DNA of 64,000 bases, taken from the NCBI GenBank assembly GCA_965235115.1, contig OZ249436.1:15936001-16000000 (forward strand), written 5' to 3'. The notes under the pieces are model-generated. The model was not told where the DNA came from and did not search any database. It saw only the letters and a program-made list of their open reading frames with translations. Origin of the DNA: Laetmonice hystrix (lineage: Eukaryota). Position numbers and translations under genes: made by a program. Below, in pieces: positions 11,901-24,975 of the stretch (the first letter of the stretch is position 1; every line of letters begins with the position of its first letter).

Positions 11901-14900
11901 TGAGAACTGGGAATTTTTCGCTTGGATTACCAATTCCCTTTAATTCAAACATTTGTTTTTGCACATAGATCTTTATGTTTATGTACACTGTCGAGATCCC
12001 CTTGCCGGTGATTCTGGCTTGACTTTGTCTTACTCTTTTTACCCAGTGCTGACCTATAGGCCTATATTTACACATGTAACCCACCGAGACACAAGGAAAC
12101 TGTCGACACACCATCTGACGTGTATCTTTACGGTGTACAAGTCATAGAGGTTCGCATACTGGTTCAGTATGACAAGACGTGTCGTTCCTCTACTTTGGAA
12201 TGTGGTATTTTTTATAGTCATATGTACCCGTAATAGGCCTATATAGGCCTACACACAATCGTTGCAAAGGTTGAATGCCTACGTCATTCCTCTCTCATTT
12301 TCAGGTGAGAGACGCCAGACAAGAAACTGGGACATCGACCTGAGCCCGTCACGGTAAGGTTGCTTGTAGTGGCTGCCTGACTCAGGGGCGCTGCTGCTGG
12401 GGAGAGGGGGGGGGGGGGGGTCCACCCCACCCCACCCCACCCCACCCCACCCCACCCCACCCCACCCCACCCCACCCCACCCCACTTTTGCTCAGTGGCC
12501 TAAAGAGGTCAAAGGCTCCTGAAGTTAGCCTAGACCTTTTGGCCTTTGAAGGACATGCCCAGTGAAATCAAACAAAAATGGCCAGAATTTCGTGAATGCA
12601 TTGTTAAACAGTAGATCTATGTGTGCCTTTTCTATTATTACTTTTTTATTATGCGAATTCTATCTACCAGCCATTCAGGGGCCGTATGGAACGCGTGTTC
12701 CATATAGGGGCTGATTTAATTGTACAAGTTACGGGGTGAGGTCCTATAGAAGCGCCGGAACATGTAGGCCTATAAATTACGCCAGGCTGTTCCAACAGGA
12801 GGCACCATCCCCTCAGTTGGCTACAACTTTGTGCCCATGGGGAGGGAGGGTGTCCACTTAACACCCCCCCCCCCCCCGTCCCGTGGCCCCGTGGACAGAA
12901 TAGAATCTATAGGTTAAAGTTAATAAATGGGTAGGCCTACTTGTTAATTTTTGTTTATACTGTTGGCTATTTTCATCAAATTAGAAATAATCCAAGCAGC
13001 ACATATAGGGGCCTAATAAACACGTAAGGGGATTCGGCTCCTTCACCGCAAGAAAGTATGGAACCCGATGTCTGGCGCATAAATACGGCACTCCATCTTT
13101 GCTCTCGTGCCGTATTCATGCGCCAGGCATCTCGTTCCATACTTTCCGGCAGTGAAGGGCCCTCTGACCCTTTGCTCTAGCCACCAATCCTTAGTTCTCT
13201 GGTGCTGCCATCTGTTGTTCAATTGCCGTGAATTGACGTTCGCGAACTGGCAGGAGGCCAGGTCAGGAGACTGGCAGACTGACGTACAGTGACAAAGTCT
13301 TGAAGAAATGGCCCGCAACAGTGCTGCCAACATTTTAGGAACACGAATGCGGGAGACACCAACCCACCCAGCCCTATCCCTCACTGAGCGCGCCGCAGGC
13401 ACGAGATAGAACTGGCGCAAAGTCCGCGAGCGCCGACGGCATATTAAAGCCCAGCTAGGGGGTCTGGGGGCATTCCGGAATATTTTAATATTTAAGGTGT
13501 ATTTTAGAGCAAAAATAAGGTCTCCCCAGCCACTCTAGCTAATGGTAGGTCTATAGCCGATGATAAGGTAGGCCTAATTCATTTTAAGGCTTATTTGTCT
13601 TTAGGCCTAGATATATAGACCTATAGGCCTATTAGGCCTATAAAAAATGATGTGAATTTTATTTATACATAATGATAGGCAATGAAACGAAAGTAATCGC
13701 ATCTTGATTATTGAAATAGGCCTACCTGTTAAACTTTAACACATAGAAAAGTGTGTAGGCCTACACTGCTATTTTACGGCTTTTTTTTAGATGCAAAAGG
13801 CATAACACATAATCAGGGTTGCCCCCCCCCCTCCCAAACTTTGAAATAGGCAGCGGCGCCCCTACATACACTGTACATGAGGAGTGGGTCTGATGAGAAT
13901 ACAATGTACATTGAATCTGGACTTACCGGAATAATCTGGCCACAAACACCCACTGGTTCATGGCGGGTGTATGTGAAGTAATCCCCAGCTGTAAACAATG
14001 AGTTGTTCATATTATCAAAGGCATAAACTTGTGAATGACTCGACATAATGTCTAACCGGTTATCGATTTTCCAAAATTGTTGGATTGCTTGACAGTCTAA
14101 AACGATTGATCAGTTGTCTTACTCAAATATCGTTCCAATTAAGTGCATGCCTTAACTTACATCTGGCTAAAACGAAATGCTTCTAGAAAGACGGAAATTA
14201 TGTTTGCTGTTTTATATTTCGTCCATTACAAAAAACTACAAGTTAGAAAAATAGGATAAACGCCTCTTTTAGAAAATATCAACATGGGGATTCAATAGAT
14301 TTATATCCTCTACAACTGTAATTAAATGCTTGATAGGTTTTCTCAAATTTCTTTTACTTAAAAGCATTGTGCTCCAATTTGCTAAAGAAGAGATAGGAAA
14401 GAGTAGAAAGATTTTTATGGAAAACAAGCATGCGTTCCTCAGACAAATACACATACATACTTGAACCCAAACCTTCATTCCCACCTGAGTTGGTAATCAT
14501 ACACTGACTTGTTACTGACAAATGTTGTCCTTACCAATTGGAATGGTCTTTCCGTGGTGTTTATCAGCCCAGCCTGCATAGTACCTTTAAACAGGAGTGT
14601 ATCCATGGATACAGAGTGCAGCTCCAAGGCAACTTATACTAACCTCAAAAATACCAGGAAGTGAATACAAATTTCTTCCACGGTAAGTTGAATTTATGGT
14701 ACCAGTAACTAGGATTGCCGGGTGTTTACCTTGAACAGGAATTTTGATTTCCATTTTGACATAGTTAAATATTTATATCCACTCTCACCTGATGCAAGCA
14801 ATTGAGAGGGGGAGATCTGCTGCCAACGCAATATGGTACGGCTTTCCATTGTCCAAAGTCTCCAAAGACTAGGTAAAGATATGCAGATATTGCACAATGT

Positions 14901-17900
14901 ATTTTTAGATTCTGTACTTGTTTACCTGATGCACCACATAGTGAACTCGCCGCTACATGTACATCGAAAGTGTTGTTGAGAAAGGGACAAAAGCAGGAAA
15001 GATACTATAGAGTGACAACTACAATCGGTTTCCATTTATAGTAAATCAGATATTTTGGTGAAAGTGGCGCATAAAAAGACTGATAACAGTTAGATGAAGC
15101 ATCTAGCATGCAAAAAAACATAACTAATCTGTATGGAGAATAAGTGGCTGCCCTAAATAAGAGACATTGAGGGCTAGTAACTTTTGATCCATCATCCAAG
15201 TATAGCAAATTTTTGACGGGAAGGTTTAAACTATTGAGGAGTTTTAGATTTCAACTGTTCTTTTCCTGAGATCATACTATGAATCACATTATTTCGTTTC
15301 ATAGAGCATGTAAAACGGTGACGTTTCTTGGACTGTCAAATCACAAGACCGTGATTCCTTTCTGTCAAGGAAGAAGGACAATTAAAGCACAGTAGGCATA
15401 AAAGGATATTAGCTCGGAAAATCTGAAAGCTTTAATGAAACAGTACACAATAAGATCTACTTTACTAGAATTGCCATTTTCAGTATAAGCTTCACCCAGA
15501 TTAAAATTAGACTAACGCATTTAACATAGTAACAAATATATATTTATGAGGACGCACGGCTAAGTAATGCATGTCGCGCTCCATGAGGTCGGCCAGTTTA
15601 TAAAGCAGTCGGCCACGTTGTGCGGCGTCCATACGTCTCCACTCGGACCCATACTGAAAGGCATCTCGAGCAGCCCTCACCGCAATGTCAATGTCTGCCT
15701 TGAGAAAAAAAGTAAGATTAATGAACAACGCGGTACTTTTACTTCCCCTAAAGTTTCCAGCACCATCGGAGCCCATCCAAGACTGTCAGGGCTTGGTTGG
15801 GGAGGGGGGAGGGGGAGGGAAGCTGGCTGGACACTGCCACCTTCTGGTGCTTTTAAAGGGAGCTATAGTTGAAACAATGGTTAGGGGTCGATATGGCCTA
15901 CTGAAAGAGGCACGCTAGCCCGTTTCTTTGAATTTTATAAAAAAAAAATGTATCGTTGCACAGTTACATGCAAAGTTTACTTATATAGCCAAGTATGGAA
16001 TCCCCGGTTGCTGTCAGTGGAAACCAACTTGCCTACCGATGTTACCTCTTTTTAATTCAGAGAACATTATAAAAAAGACAAAGGGGCAACGCAATGACAT
16101 ATTTTGTAGACATTCTGCTATACTGAAGATGAGCATCTCAGTGTAGAACGAGGATATATTTTCATTTGACGCTGTGCTGCATTGTCAATACAATTATGAT
16201 GTATAAGGATCTGTTCCTTCTGCTCAACCATTATAAAAATAAAGGCGTTAAAAAAGATGTGACATTGTACCTTGTCTCCTTCAGCTACGTCACAGATCTT
16301 CTCTCCTGTTGATGGATTCACAGTCTCAAATGTCTTCCCACTGACTGAGGGCACAAATTCGTTGTTTATAAAAAGCTAGAGATCGGAGAAAAAAACCACA
16401 TGACCATAAATATTAAATTTGATATTATCAAGTAACAATTCTCATCTGGTAACAAGAGTGTTAGGCTTATAGAGCGACTTGAAAAGGCCAGTGAAAACAA
16501 TTAACCAGACGTTTAGTGTTCAAAAACTGTTAATTTCGTGTTGAACATATCAAAAATCTGTAAATTCCCACATTTTGGTGAACTCCAAAGGGTGAAACTA
16601 CAATTCAAGTGCTGCTATTAATAATAAGTACAGCCGGTAGTTTTTTTTGGGCAGAGGTGAATGTACCTGACACGGATAAAACTAATCACATCACTTGATC
16701 TGTTCATGTGTCAGTGAACTGATCAACCTTTCAGACACAGAATTCACCATGAGTACATTGGGAGTACGCCTATTCCCTCCTCGCTCTCACCATTTTGTAC
16801 TAACAAATCTAGTCAATGGCACGGAAATAAATGGAACATTTTCTAGACACTGACCTGGTGGAGTGACAGTTCTGCACCGTCAATGGGGCAGTTATTAGCC
16901 GATAGATCTATATATGTTTGTAGTAAAACGATTTTAATCTTGTTTATTGTCCCACCGTCTTCATATACAGTCCCACCTTTGAAAAGTCTATTTCAGAGGG
17001 ACGCGGATAGTACATGTACTTCAATATACTCGATATATTATGTCACCGGCTTTATTTTGAGACGCGTGGGGCGACAACCAATAGGCCGAATCTACGCAAT
17101 AGGCCTAGGCCTACTGGTTTAGTTGCCCTGCATGAAGAGATGTTATATAGGCCGCGCCCGTCATGTTGAGCTCGGCTCTACTATGTTTATCGTGATAGAT
17201 GAAGGCCTACAAAGATGGGGGCATGGCGGCTGCATGCGAGGCGCCTATAGATGTATAACCTATGTATCTAGTCTGAAACCCGCGCCGCTGAACTTAACTG
17301 TAGGCCCTATACAAGCAGCAGCAGGCGGTCTCAGGTCATGGAAGAACGGGGTGAGCGAGGTTGTAAACGCCGCCACAACTCGCCAGCTGCATGCATGCCA
17401 CGCTCTGGCCGTGCCATGTCTTGTGTATTTGTTACAACGCGCATCACAAAGTTTGTGCCATCAACCAGACCTCGTCTCGGAATGTATCACACAAGTCATA
17501 TTCAAAAGGAATTGCAACACTGAGACGGCTTGGGTCCCGGCCCGGAGCTTGGGGTAGGCACGGTTTAGGTCCCGGCCCGGAGCTTGGGGTAGGCTATGTT
17601 ATGGTGCCCTTTTTACGCGCTGAGCTAAGCAAATCATCATCTTCAAAGCTCCATGTAGGCCGAGGCTATATGACCAATCAGTCTTGATAGGCCTATCAAA
17701 ACACAAAGTAGTTCACTCCCCTACATGGTCATAGAAACCACCTGCTTGGATGCATTTCGTCACGATTCAACCTACTTCCACAACAGTGTGTTCAGGTGTC
17801 TTAAAATAAAAAACATCTTATATAGGTCTTAGAGTCTGTACGAAGGGAACCAGTTACTTATAGGCCTAGGCCTACCTGCCCTCCTTCAGTCTATACGTTC

Positions 17901-18785
17901 TTTTTTTTATTATTTATTATTAATCATCTTTAAACAGGATATCCCACTCAACTAATAGCGCCGTTACACTGGGGGTCCTGTACACAGAATGTACAGAGCA
18001 TATAGGCCTACATATACACACATAAGTAGGCCTAACAGCTAGGCCTAGGCCTACACATCGCCACTGACACCAGTGAAATCAGTGGCGGATCCAGGATTTC
18101 AGGAAGGGGGGCACCTTTTGGTGGATAGGACCTATAGGTTAGCCTATATCGGTGGCTCATTTTTGGGGTGTCCGGGCAGGGGTATAGGCAGAACTGAGAT
18201 AAGGGGGGGGTGTTCCCAACCGTAATATTATAGTAATTCATTTAGATCTAGGCTTAGATTTAGATTTAGTTATTTAATTAGTTATTAATTATCCGGAAAC
18301 CCGAAAACCCCCCTAGCTACACCCTTGCTGGGGGCCCTCCTATAAAGGTAATTATGGCAGAAGAAATTTCTCCCAAATCTTTCAACGAAATTCCCTTATT
18401 TTTATGCATGAAACATAGAAAACAGGCAAGACTTTGACAATAGAGGGGGCTGGCAGGCCCATAGGGGCCCTACCTAGGTGGCGGGGAGAGGGAGGGGATG
18501 AGCTTCGTCTGCATCAATGTTAGCCCTGCCTATAGTCCCGTTTACCATGTGAATTCACAAAAGAACCGCATTATAGATATTTAGGCCTGGGCATAGGCGC
18601 TGCACATCGATCGAACCGGGCCAAATGAGATTAACGGCCGGAGATAGGCGGTTGATACGTACCCCTGTTGCCTTGACCTCTGGATTTCGGTTTGGCTCGA
18701 CCTGCGTGGACAGGAAAACTCGGCCTTGACGTAGAAACCGACCGAGGTGTGCTCCTTGTCGAGCAAAACGGAACAGTGACGCCAT
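8952..18785 (-). CDS. ALDH2: ALDH2-like mitochondrial aldehyde dehydrogenase, copy B (complete, 14 coding exons, 520 aa)
   Basis: Exons 18663-18785, 16271-16375, 15558-15698, 14789-14868, 14535-14584, 13927-13988, 11715-11843, 11442-11555, 11151-11253, 10648-10832, 10110-10274, 9716-9873, 9212-9326, 8952-8984; total 1563 nt, open frame. Motifs [37 protein letters not shown]-terminus [10 protein letters not shown]. Confidence 0.96.
10395..10650. repeat. ~130-bp tandem duplication in a copy B intron
   Basis: gtttgactcatgataatttg...aagattacctg occurs twice (~10395-10516 and ~10525-10650). Confidence 0.85.
12422..12485. repeat. (CCCCA)n microsatellite next to a poly-G run
   Basis: About 13 CCCCA units; a shorter version is in copy C at ~28359-28385. 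Confidence 0.9.
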
Positions 18786-19559
18786 CGCTGAGGGCCTGTA
18801 GACGCTATATTTGACTTTAGCTGTCGTAGGTGTGGATGGACGGCACTTTAATCCGTCGGAAACACAGGTCTACTGCTGTTCCGCGCCTTCCCTTTCAGAC
18901 ACAGAAACGCAGTATCGTTTGTTGCCCACTGTCTGCAGCTGCTTCATGAATATTTATAGCCCCTGATAGCCTCGGGAATGAGGCCACCTGATTGACTGAA
19001 GCAGGCGAGCTCGGGCGCTGTCCGCTCGTGCGGCAGGGATGTAGCCCATGCAGGCTATGCGCGGACTGGAAGCAAGTCCCGTGCGAGGGCCTGGACCGTA
19101 TGGATTTGGCTTTCATTAGGAAGTAGGAAGTCGAATAGGCCTCTTGGGCCATGGGTTAGGGGCTTCGATCTCGGCCTACGGTAGGGCCTATAGCCTACTT
19201 CTTTTTAGGTTTCAACTGCATGAGAGTGCTGACTGGAGCCAGGCACATGATGGGGGGGGGGGGGGCGGCAAGACCCACTTAAAACGAAAGTAAATTCGCC
19301 AGTTTGTACAGGTCAAGGGTTGACTATTCGGGCACCAAATGTGTTCAAATCTTTTCTAACTTGTTTAGAATTTCACTTGATTGAAGAAAAGTATGGTAAA
19401 CCGTATACGTAATAGTCTATTTAAGCCCATACTGGGCAAGCAGGAAGTTGGCCGATCATCAAGACTGAAGACAAGATTGCGTTAAATAATTTTGCTGTCT
19501 TCTTAACAAAGTGTGCATTATGCAATGTGCGGTGAGACACACATAGGCACACATAAAAA

Positions 19560-20490
19560 TCTACAAATGCTGGACAAGTTACCATGCAAGTTGAAGGACC
19601 GGTAGTGTGGCATGGCGCATAGCTTGATGGATGCGAGGCCAGTTCAATTCAAGGATCTGGTTGAATTTGTGCAAGAAGAAGATGTCCTGTCTTGAAAATG
19701 TGTTATTTGGCAGGTTAAGCAGTCAGAATGAACACCAGTCAGGGTCAGGTTCACAAAGGCAAACAAGTCCAAAGGCAAGAGGGGCAAGGGCTTCACGTCA
19801 GCTGCAGGAATGTAAACGGATTGTCGCCAAGCTATATGAAAAAAATGCGATTTTTAACGTCTTAAGGATTGTTGCTGGAAAAACACAAGTCACCTGGTCA
19901 AAGACTGTCAGAACATGTTGAAATGTAGCATTAATTGTTAACTATCACATCCTGCAATTCTGCACGTGGACAATGAGTAACACGCAGGAAGTGGGAACTT
20001 CCTCGCCGGCAGCAGGGACTAATGAAGCATGAAGCCAATGTGGGATACGACGTTGATAGGCCCAGAGAGCTGACAGGAGTGCCAACCATCATGCCTGTCC
20101 TGTTGAGGAGTAACAGGCATTGCTGTGAAGACTGTGAATCATTTTTAGACATCGACAGGCACAGTTGAGTGTATAAACCTGACGGATAAAAAAACAAGTT
20201 GACAGCAGTGTGATAAAAGGCTTGGAAGTCATGGACATGGAGGGAAGAACCGTGATACACCTTCCGCCCATATAGGCCTACACAGAAAAGAATTCCCGTA
20301 TCAAAAGGCGACATCGTGAGGAATTGTGACAAAGTCGTATTTGAACGGACTGAAGTTACCTAACATCGAAGCAGATATTGGCCTGTCAATACGAAATAAT
20401 GGGCCAAAGGCGTGAGAACCATGGCAAGTAATAATTAAGGGGAAACGGACCATGCTGTACGGCCAGCATTAGGATTTGCCTCTGTGATAG
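19560..20490 (+). mobile_element. Degenerate BEL/Pao LTR-retrotransposon gag/protease-region remnant
   Basis: Frameshifted patches such as VIHLPP..RIPVSKGDIV resemble the Pao polyprotein. Colinear with the clearer remnant at 35.0-37.1 kb. Confidence 0.45.
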
Positions 20491-21102
20491 GCCTCGCAAT
20501 ACTCGGCCTATTGCCAAAGCTACACAAATGAGAGCATTTTAAAACGCGCAGAATGGGATGCTATAGCGCACATAGCCAATCATTTCAAATGAAGTTTTGC
20601 CTTTACCTTCAGCCATTGAGTCCAATGAATTTAGCTCAAGTCCTCCTACAAAGCAGATTCAGGTGATTTTTCAAACGAAACGGGCACTTCTAAATCGTCA
20701 CGGCCGGCGGCCATTTTAAATAAATAAAGGAAACAGCTATTATCTAAGAAGGGGGCCTAGATCTCGGGCCATAATGGAGGAGTGCTTGCGCTCCTTGTGT
20801 GATGATATGCTCCCCTACTGGCCTTCAGTGCGCATGTGCATTAGGACTAACAATATTGCAGGCAACGGAAATCAAACTGCTCGGTTCACATTTTCAAACG
20901 TTTGTTAAATATATGGGATAAAAAACAAAAAAAAGTGAGCAGTGGAGCGGTTTGATGAGAAGGAATACACCAATTCGATCGAACGGCATGATTCACGAAG
21001 AATTGTCCACAGCGGTGAGTTCGTATTGGAGGTATACCGGCGATGTCAGTCCCTATTTGCTGGCAACTGCACTCTAAAAACTAAAGAGTTTCAGGGAGCT
21101 CG

Positions 21103-21620
21103 TAAAATTACGTTGGCCAAGTAAACCAAATTGCTACTTAATTAGTTGAGATCCAGTCTTGGAGCAAACCGTATGGCCTGATGGCTTCAGACAGATCCAT
21201 TCGTATAAAGTTCAAACGTCTGCAGCCGAAGAGGCTACTTCGCATTTGAAAACGTCGAATGTCTTTACCAAGGAGTTAATATTATGTTCTTTTGGCCCCC
21301 CCCCCCCCCCCGGGTAAAGGGGTTACGTCGCGACTCTTTCCAGAGCTACAGGGAACTCAATGAAGGGGTTCGGGTGACACTTAAGGGGTATTTTCCTACT
21401 CTTTCTTGTGGTTCAACTTTCACCCGAAAATTACGTTGGCCAATTAAACCAAATTGCTACTTAATTAGTTGAGATCCAGTCTTGGAGCAAACCGTATGGC
21501 CTGATGGCTTCAGACAGATCCATTCGTATAAAGTTCAAACGTCTGCAGCCGAAGAGGCTACTTCGCATTTGAAAACGTCGAATGTCTTTACCAAGGAGTT
21601 AATATTATGTTCTTTTGCCC
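21103..21620. repeat. ~190-bp direct duplication inside a dispersed repeat
   Basis: aaaattacgttggcc...atgttcttttg at ~21103-21294 and ~21427-21617. 21495-21832 is homologous to ~40392-40725. Confidence 0.8.
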
Positions 21621-22015
21621 CCCAAGATGGTGTTTCCAGGAGCAATGTTAACAAATCACTTAAAAAGTCATCATAATTAGGTCCCTGTTTGACATTCCGC
21701 TCTAGTCATCGACACAAAGACTGCATTTATATTATTGTCAATTTAGCTCACGGTCGCATTAACCGGCTGTCACAGGTATATGACACGCGGGGTAAAGAGT
21801 CAAAAAAAGGGCAGGTAAGAGTCAACACGTGATCAATCAAACTGACCCTTTTAAGGGTTCAAATAACTCTTTTTCTGTAAAATACAGTGAACTCGTTGAA
21901 AGAGTTAAACACAACCCCTGATATTCAGTCTTGATGATCAGCTGATATATTCGACCTATTTCGTGCCTCTTTCGGTACTTGTATCTGTATGGGTAGATTG
22001 CCTTGGGTTGCCTAT

Positions 22016-22129
22016 CTCAGTTGAACCAGTAAAGGCCACTTTATCTACATCCATGTGCTCTACCAGTGATGCTCCGGCTGTCGACCCAAAGCCAGGGACG
22101 ATGTTGACCACACCAGGTGGAAATCCAGC
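22016..22129 (-). pseudogene. Orphan ALDH exon (homolog of the 114-nt FTGSTE exon)
   Basis: Translates [38 protein letters not shown]. Acceptor AG intact, donor mutated (GAG|ataggc). No neighbouring ALDH exons found. Confidence 0.88.
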
Positions 22130-22671
22130 CTAAATACACCAACAATTACACTATAAACTAGCGCCGATGTGGCTTGGGCCAACATCTTGTATCCCATCCC
22201 CTGGCAATGAAAATCATAGATACATTATCATGTTAGACTACTTCCATGTCATCGATAGGCCCGTAGATCGAAAGAGCATACATTATTACTTCCTATATAT
22301 GACCTCAATAATTAATATTGGTCATCTATCAATGACGTCATTGTCACGTAATACGTCACCCTACATAATTGATTTTGTTATCTTTTGAAAGAACATGTTC
22401 CTATTATAGCTTCAATAGTAACCATAGCTCTACCTGGCCCCCTTTCAGAGTTATAGCTGTTTCAATAATATTGGTGATCTATCAACATCGATTTTCATTT
22501 TCATTTCGATTTTGGAGACCCCTCTGCTGAAAATCCTGGGCCCGTGGCTGTATTTTGAGTTAGCCTAACAATAATTTTTGTCAATTCTTCAAAAAGAAAG
22601 AGTGGGGATAGGGCCTATATAGAGGGAGGTGCCCACGCCAGGCGGCGCCAGGCAGGCCCTTCAGTGCTAGC

Positions 22672-23519
22672 GTATACCGCCCGGCAATCAATTTTTTCTT
22701 TCCTATAGCTATTTCTTCTTTCCTACAGCTATATTCTCACTGTGATCTCACCATTTGATCTCTCACTGTGAGATCATTTTGACATCTCTCTGACATAAAA
22801 CAGTACACATGTACCAATATATTGGGCTTTCCTTAGAAGAATACGATCTTACAGCAATCTCATAGCGATCTAACCATGATCTCAATTTCTTCTCACACTG
22901 TGAGATCATTTTGACATCTCTCTGACATAACACTACCAATATATTTTTGAAATGACGTTGTCGCACCACCTTCCTGGGTTCCCACAGGGACATTCTAGAA
23001 AAAAATCCTGGCTTAACCAGTTCTAACCATTGCGTGGGCACGCTGTAGTATCTCCTGTGCCAGTAAAGCACTGACGCTTAACACCTCACTATTGATGTTT
23101 CCCGTCGGAAATCCAAATTGATGTTTTCTATACTGGGTTGTTTAAAAAAAACACACAAAATATCATCCCTACGTCCCACTCCCTGTATTGTTCTTTTCAC
23201 AATTAGCGAAAAAATAAAGCGTAATTTTACACAATGAATAGCTCTTTTTGAATGATATGTGAATTATTTGAAGTCGCTAGAAGTTCACCTATTGACTGTG
23301 TTTCGGACAGTCTAGTCAATCTCAATGATAACAGCGCCATCACCTGAGATTTACATGATGTCAAGGTGATGTCGGAATTCTATAACATTGTGACATCAGA
23401 AAGGTCTCAATATTTGTTCTCACATAGTGAAGTCATTATGAGATTGCTGTGAGATCAATGTGTGATCTTACCAGCTGAGATTTACGTGATATCAAGGTGA
23501 TGTTGGTGATGGCGGGGTA
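22672..23519. mobile_element. Probable non-autonomous DNA element with subterminal tgtgagatc/gatctcac repeats
   Basis: Repeated gatctcac/gtgagatc motifs in both orientations; degenerate termini taccgcccggc ... ggcggggta. Confidence 0.45.
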
Positions 23520-24975
23520 AAGAGTCCAAATTTGCAGGTTAAGATAATGAGATAGTTACACGTCAAGACATAATGGCTTACATCAAAAACTTAAACGTTG
23601 CATATTATTGTCTAAACTGGAGAGAATGATAGTGTGATCCGTTATATACAAGCAAGGAAATAACGTCCTTCGACCGGAGAATAAGGTATGGAAAGGTAAA
23701 GATGTGACCGTGTAAAGCAAACAATTATCTCTTGCTCCAGTGACTCCAAAATGCAGACATGGGCTGTTAGGTTACATAAGGCCTTACACTACATAATGTA
23801 TACCCACTGAAATGGAGAAATCTAATGGAATTCAACATTCTAGTTGCCTGTTGTCGATATGAAGCGAACTTCGTAATCTATGGCTGGTTGTTGGCCTGCT
23901 AGTCCATCTGGCGGAATATAGATATAAAATGATCAATCCCCCACGGCCGTATCACTCCCACACCATAGCGTTACGAAAACGAAAGTCCTTCCACCGGACT
24001 ATTCGGCAGCCTACTGACTTACTGACTCTGCGCACAGCGAGTGGACTGTTTCCGGTCTATTGACCTGCATGACTAGAACAGCCAATGAAATTTATCGGGC
24101 GATGAACCGATTAATTTCATTGGTTGTTGAAGTGGCATACATACTGTTGGCCTAATTAATACATATTGATTGACCTTGAAAGGTCCCACATAACCACTAC
24201 AGGTTTGATTAATAAACTAGCAGCGTGATAGCCGCAGTTGCGCGGAGTCTGGGTGCTTATTTTTTAAATCTATTTTTTCAATGAAGGGGGAGGCGCCCCC
24301 CACTCCCCTCTATTTAACCAAAGACAAAGTCACGACAAATCCATATCTAGTGGCGTTTATTTCCATTGGCAAATTGACCCTAAATCCAGAATGTTTTGCA
24401 TTCTTTGCAAATGGTTTGCAAAATGTAGAGGAAAAATGTAAATATACAATCAAAATCGAACATATCTGTCTCGTAATCTTGTGGTACTGCTTTTCTAAAC
24501 CCCAATTATACACCTAGCTATGGCAAGACTATTTCGGCATAACCTACGGTATTGAAAAATACTTCGTCATTTCTGTGGAAATATCTCCTTGACAAAAAAT
24601 AAACGTTTTGTAGATAAATCATTTATGGCAAGACAATTAGTTACAACGGATAATTCCTGATACTGTTATTGTCTGATATCCGGTGAAGAACAATATGTTT
24701 ATATTTATGGCATCGACTGGACTTCTCTGAACGAGAAAATCACCATAAAAATTATATGGGGGTTAGTTCGCCACATTAATGATTGCGCATTAATGCGCCC
24801 CCAGCCCCACCCGTATATGACGGAGCTATTTTATGCATAAGCGAAATTTCAGCACAGGTGTAAAAGTCTGATGATCTTCATGGATATCTATTCTGAGTTG
24901 CACAATGCACTCTCTGCTAACGATATAGTGCAGATGGCAAGGAAGACATTTTCCCTAGCTTTACCACTGAGGTCC

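Larger units (their letters stand above)
7500..21068. repeat. Segmental duplication unit 1 (contains ALDH copy B)
   Basis: gagtccaaatttgcaggttaag at 7500 matches 23522. Colinear near-identity, with indels, continues to tggcaactg at ~21068, matching ~35039. Confidence 0.9.

Noticed and set aside
17123..17687. Overlapping plus-strand ORFs in ALDH intron 1
   Set aside because: No motifs; the longest is disrupted by a MITE in the duplicate.
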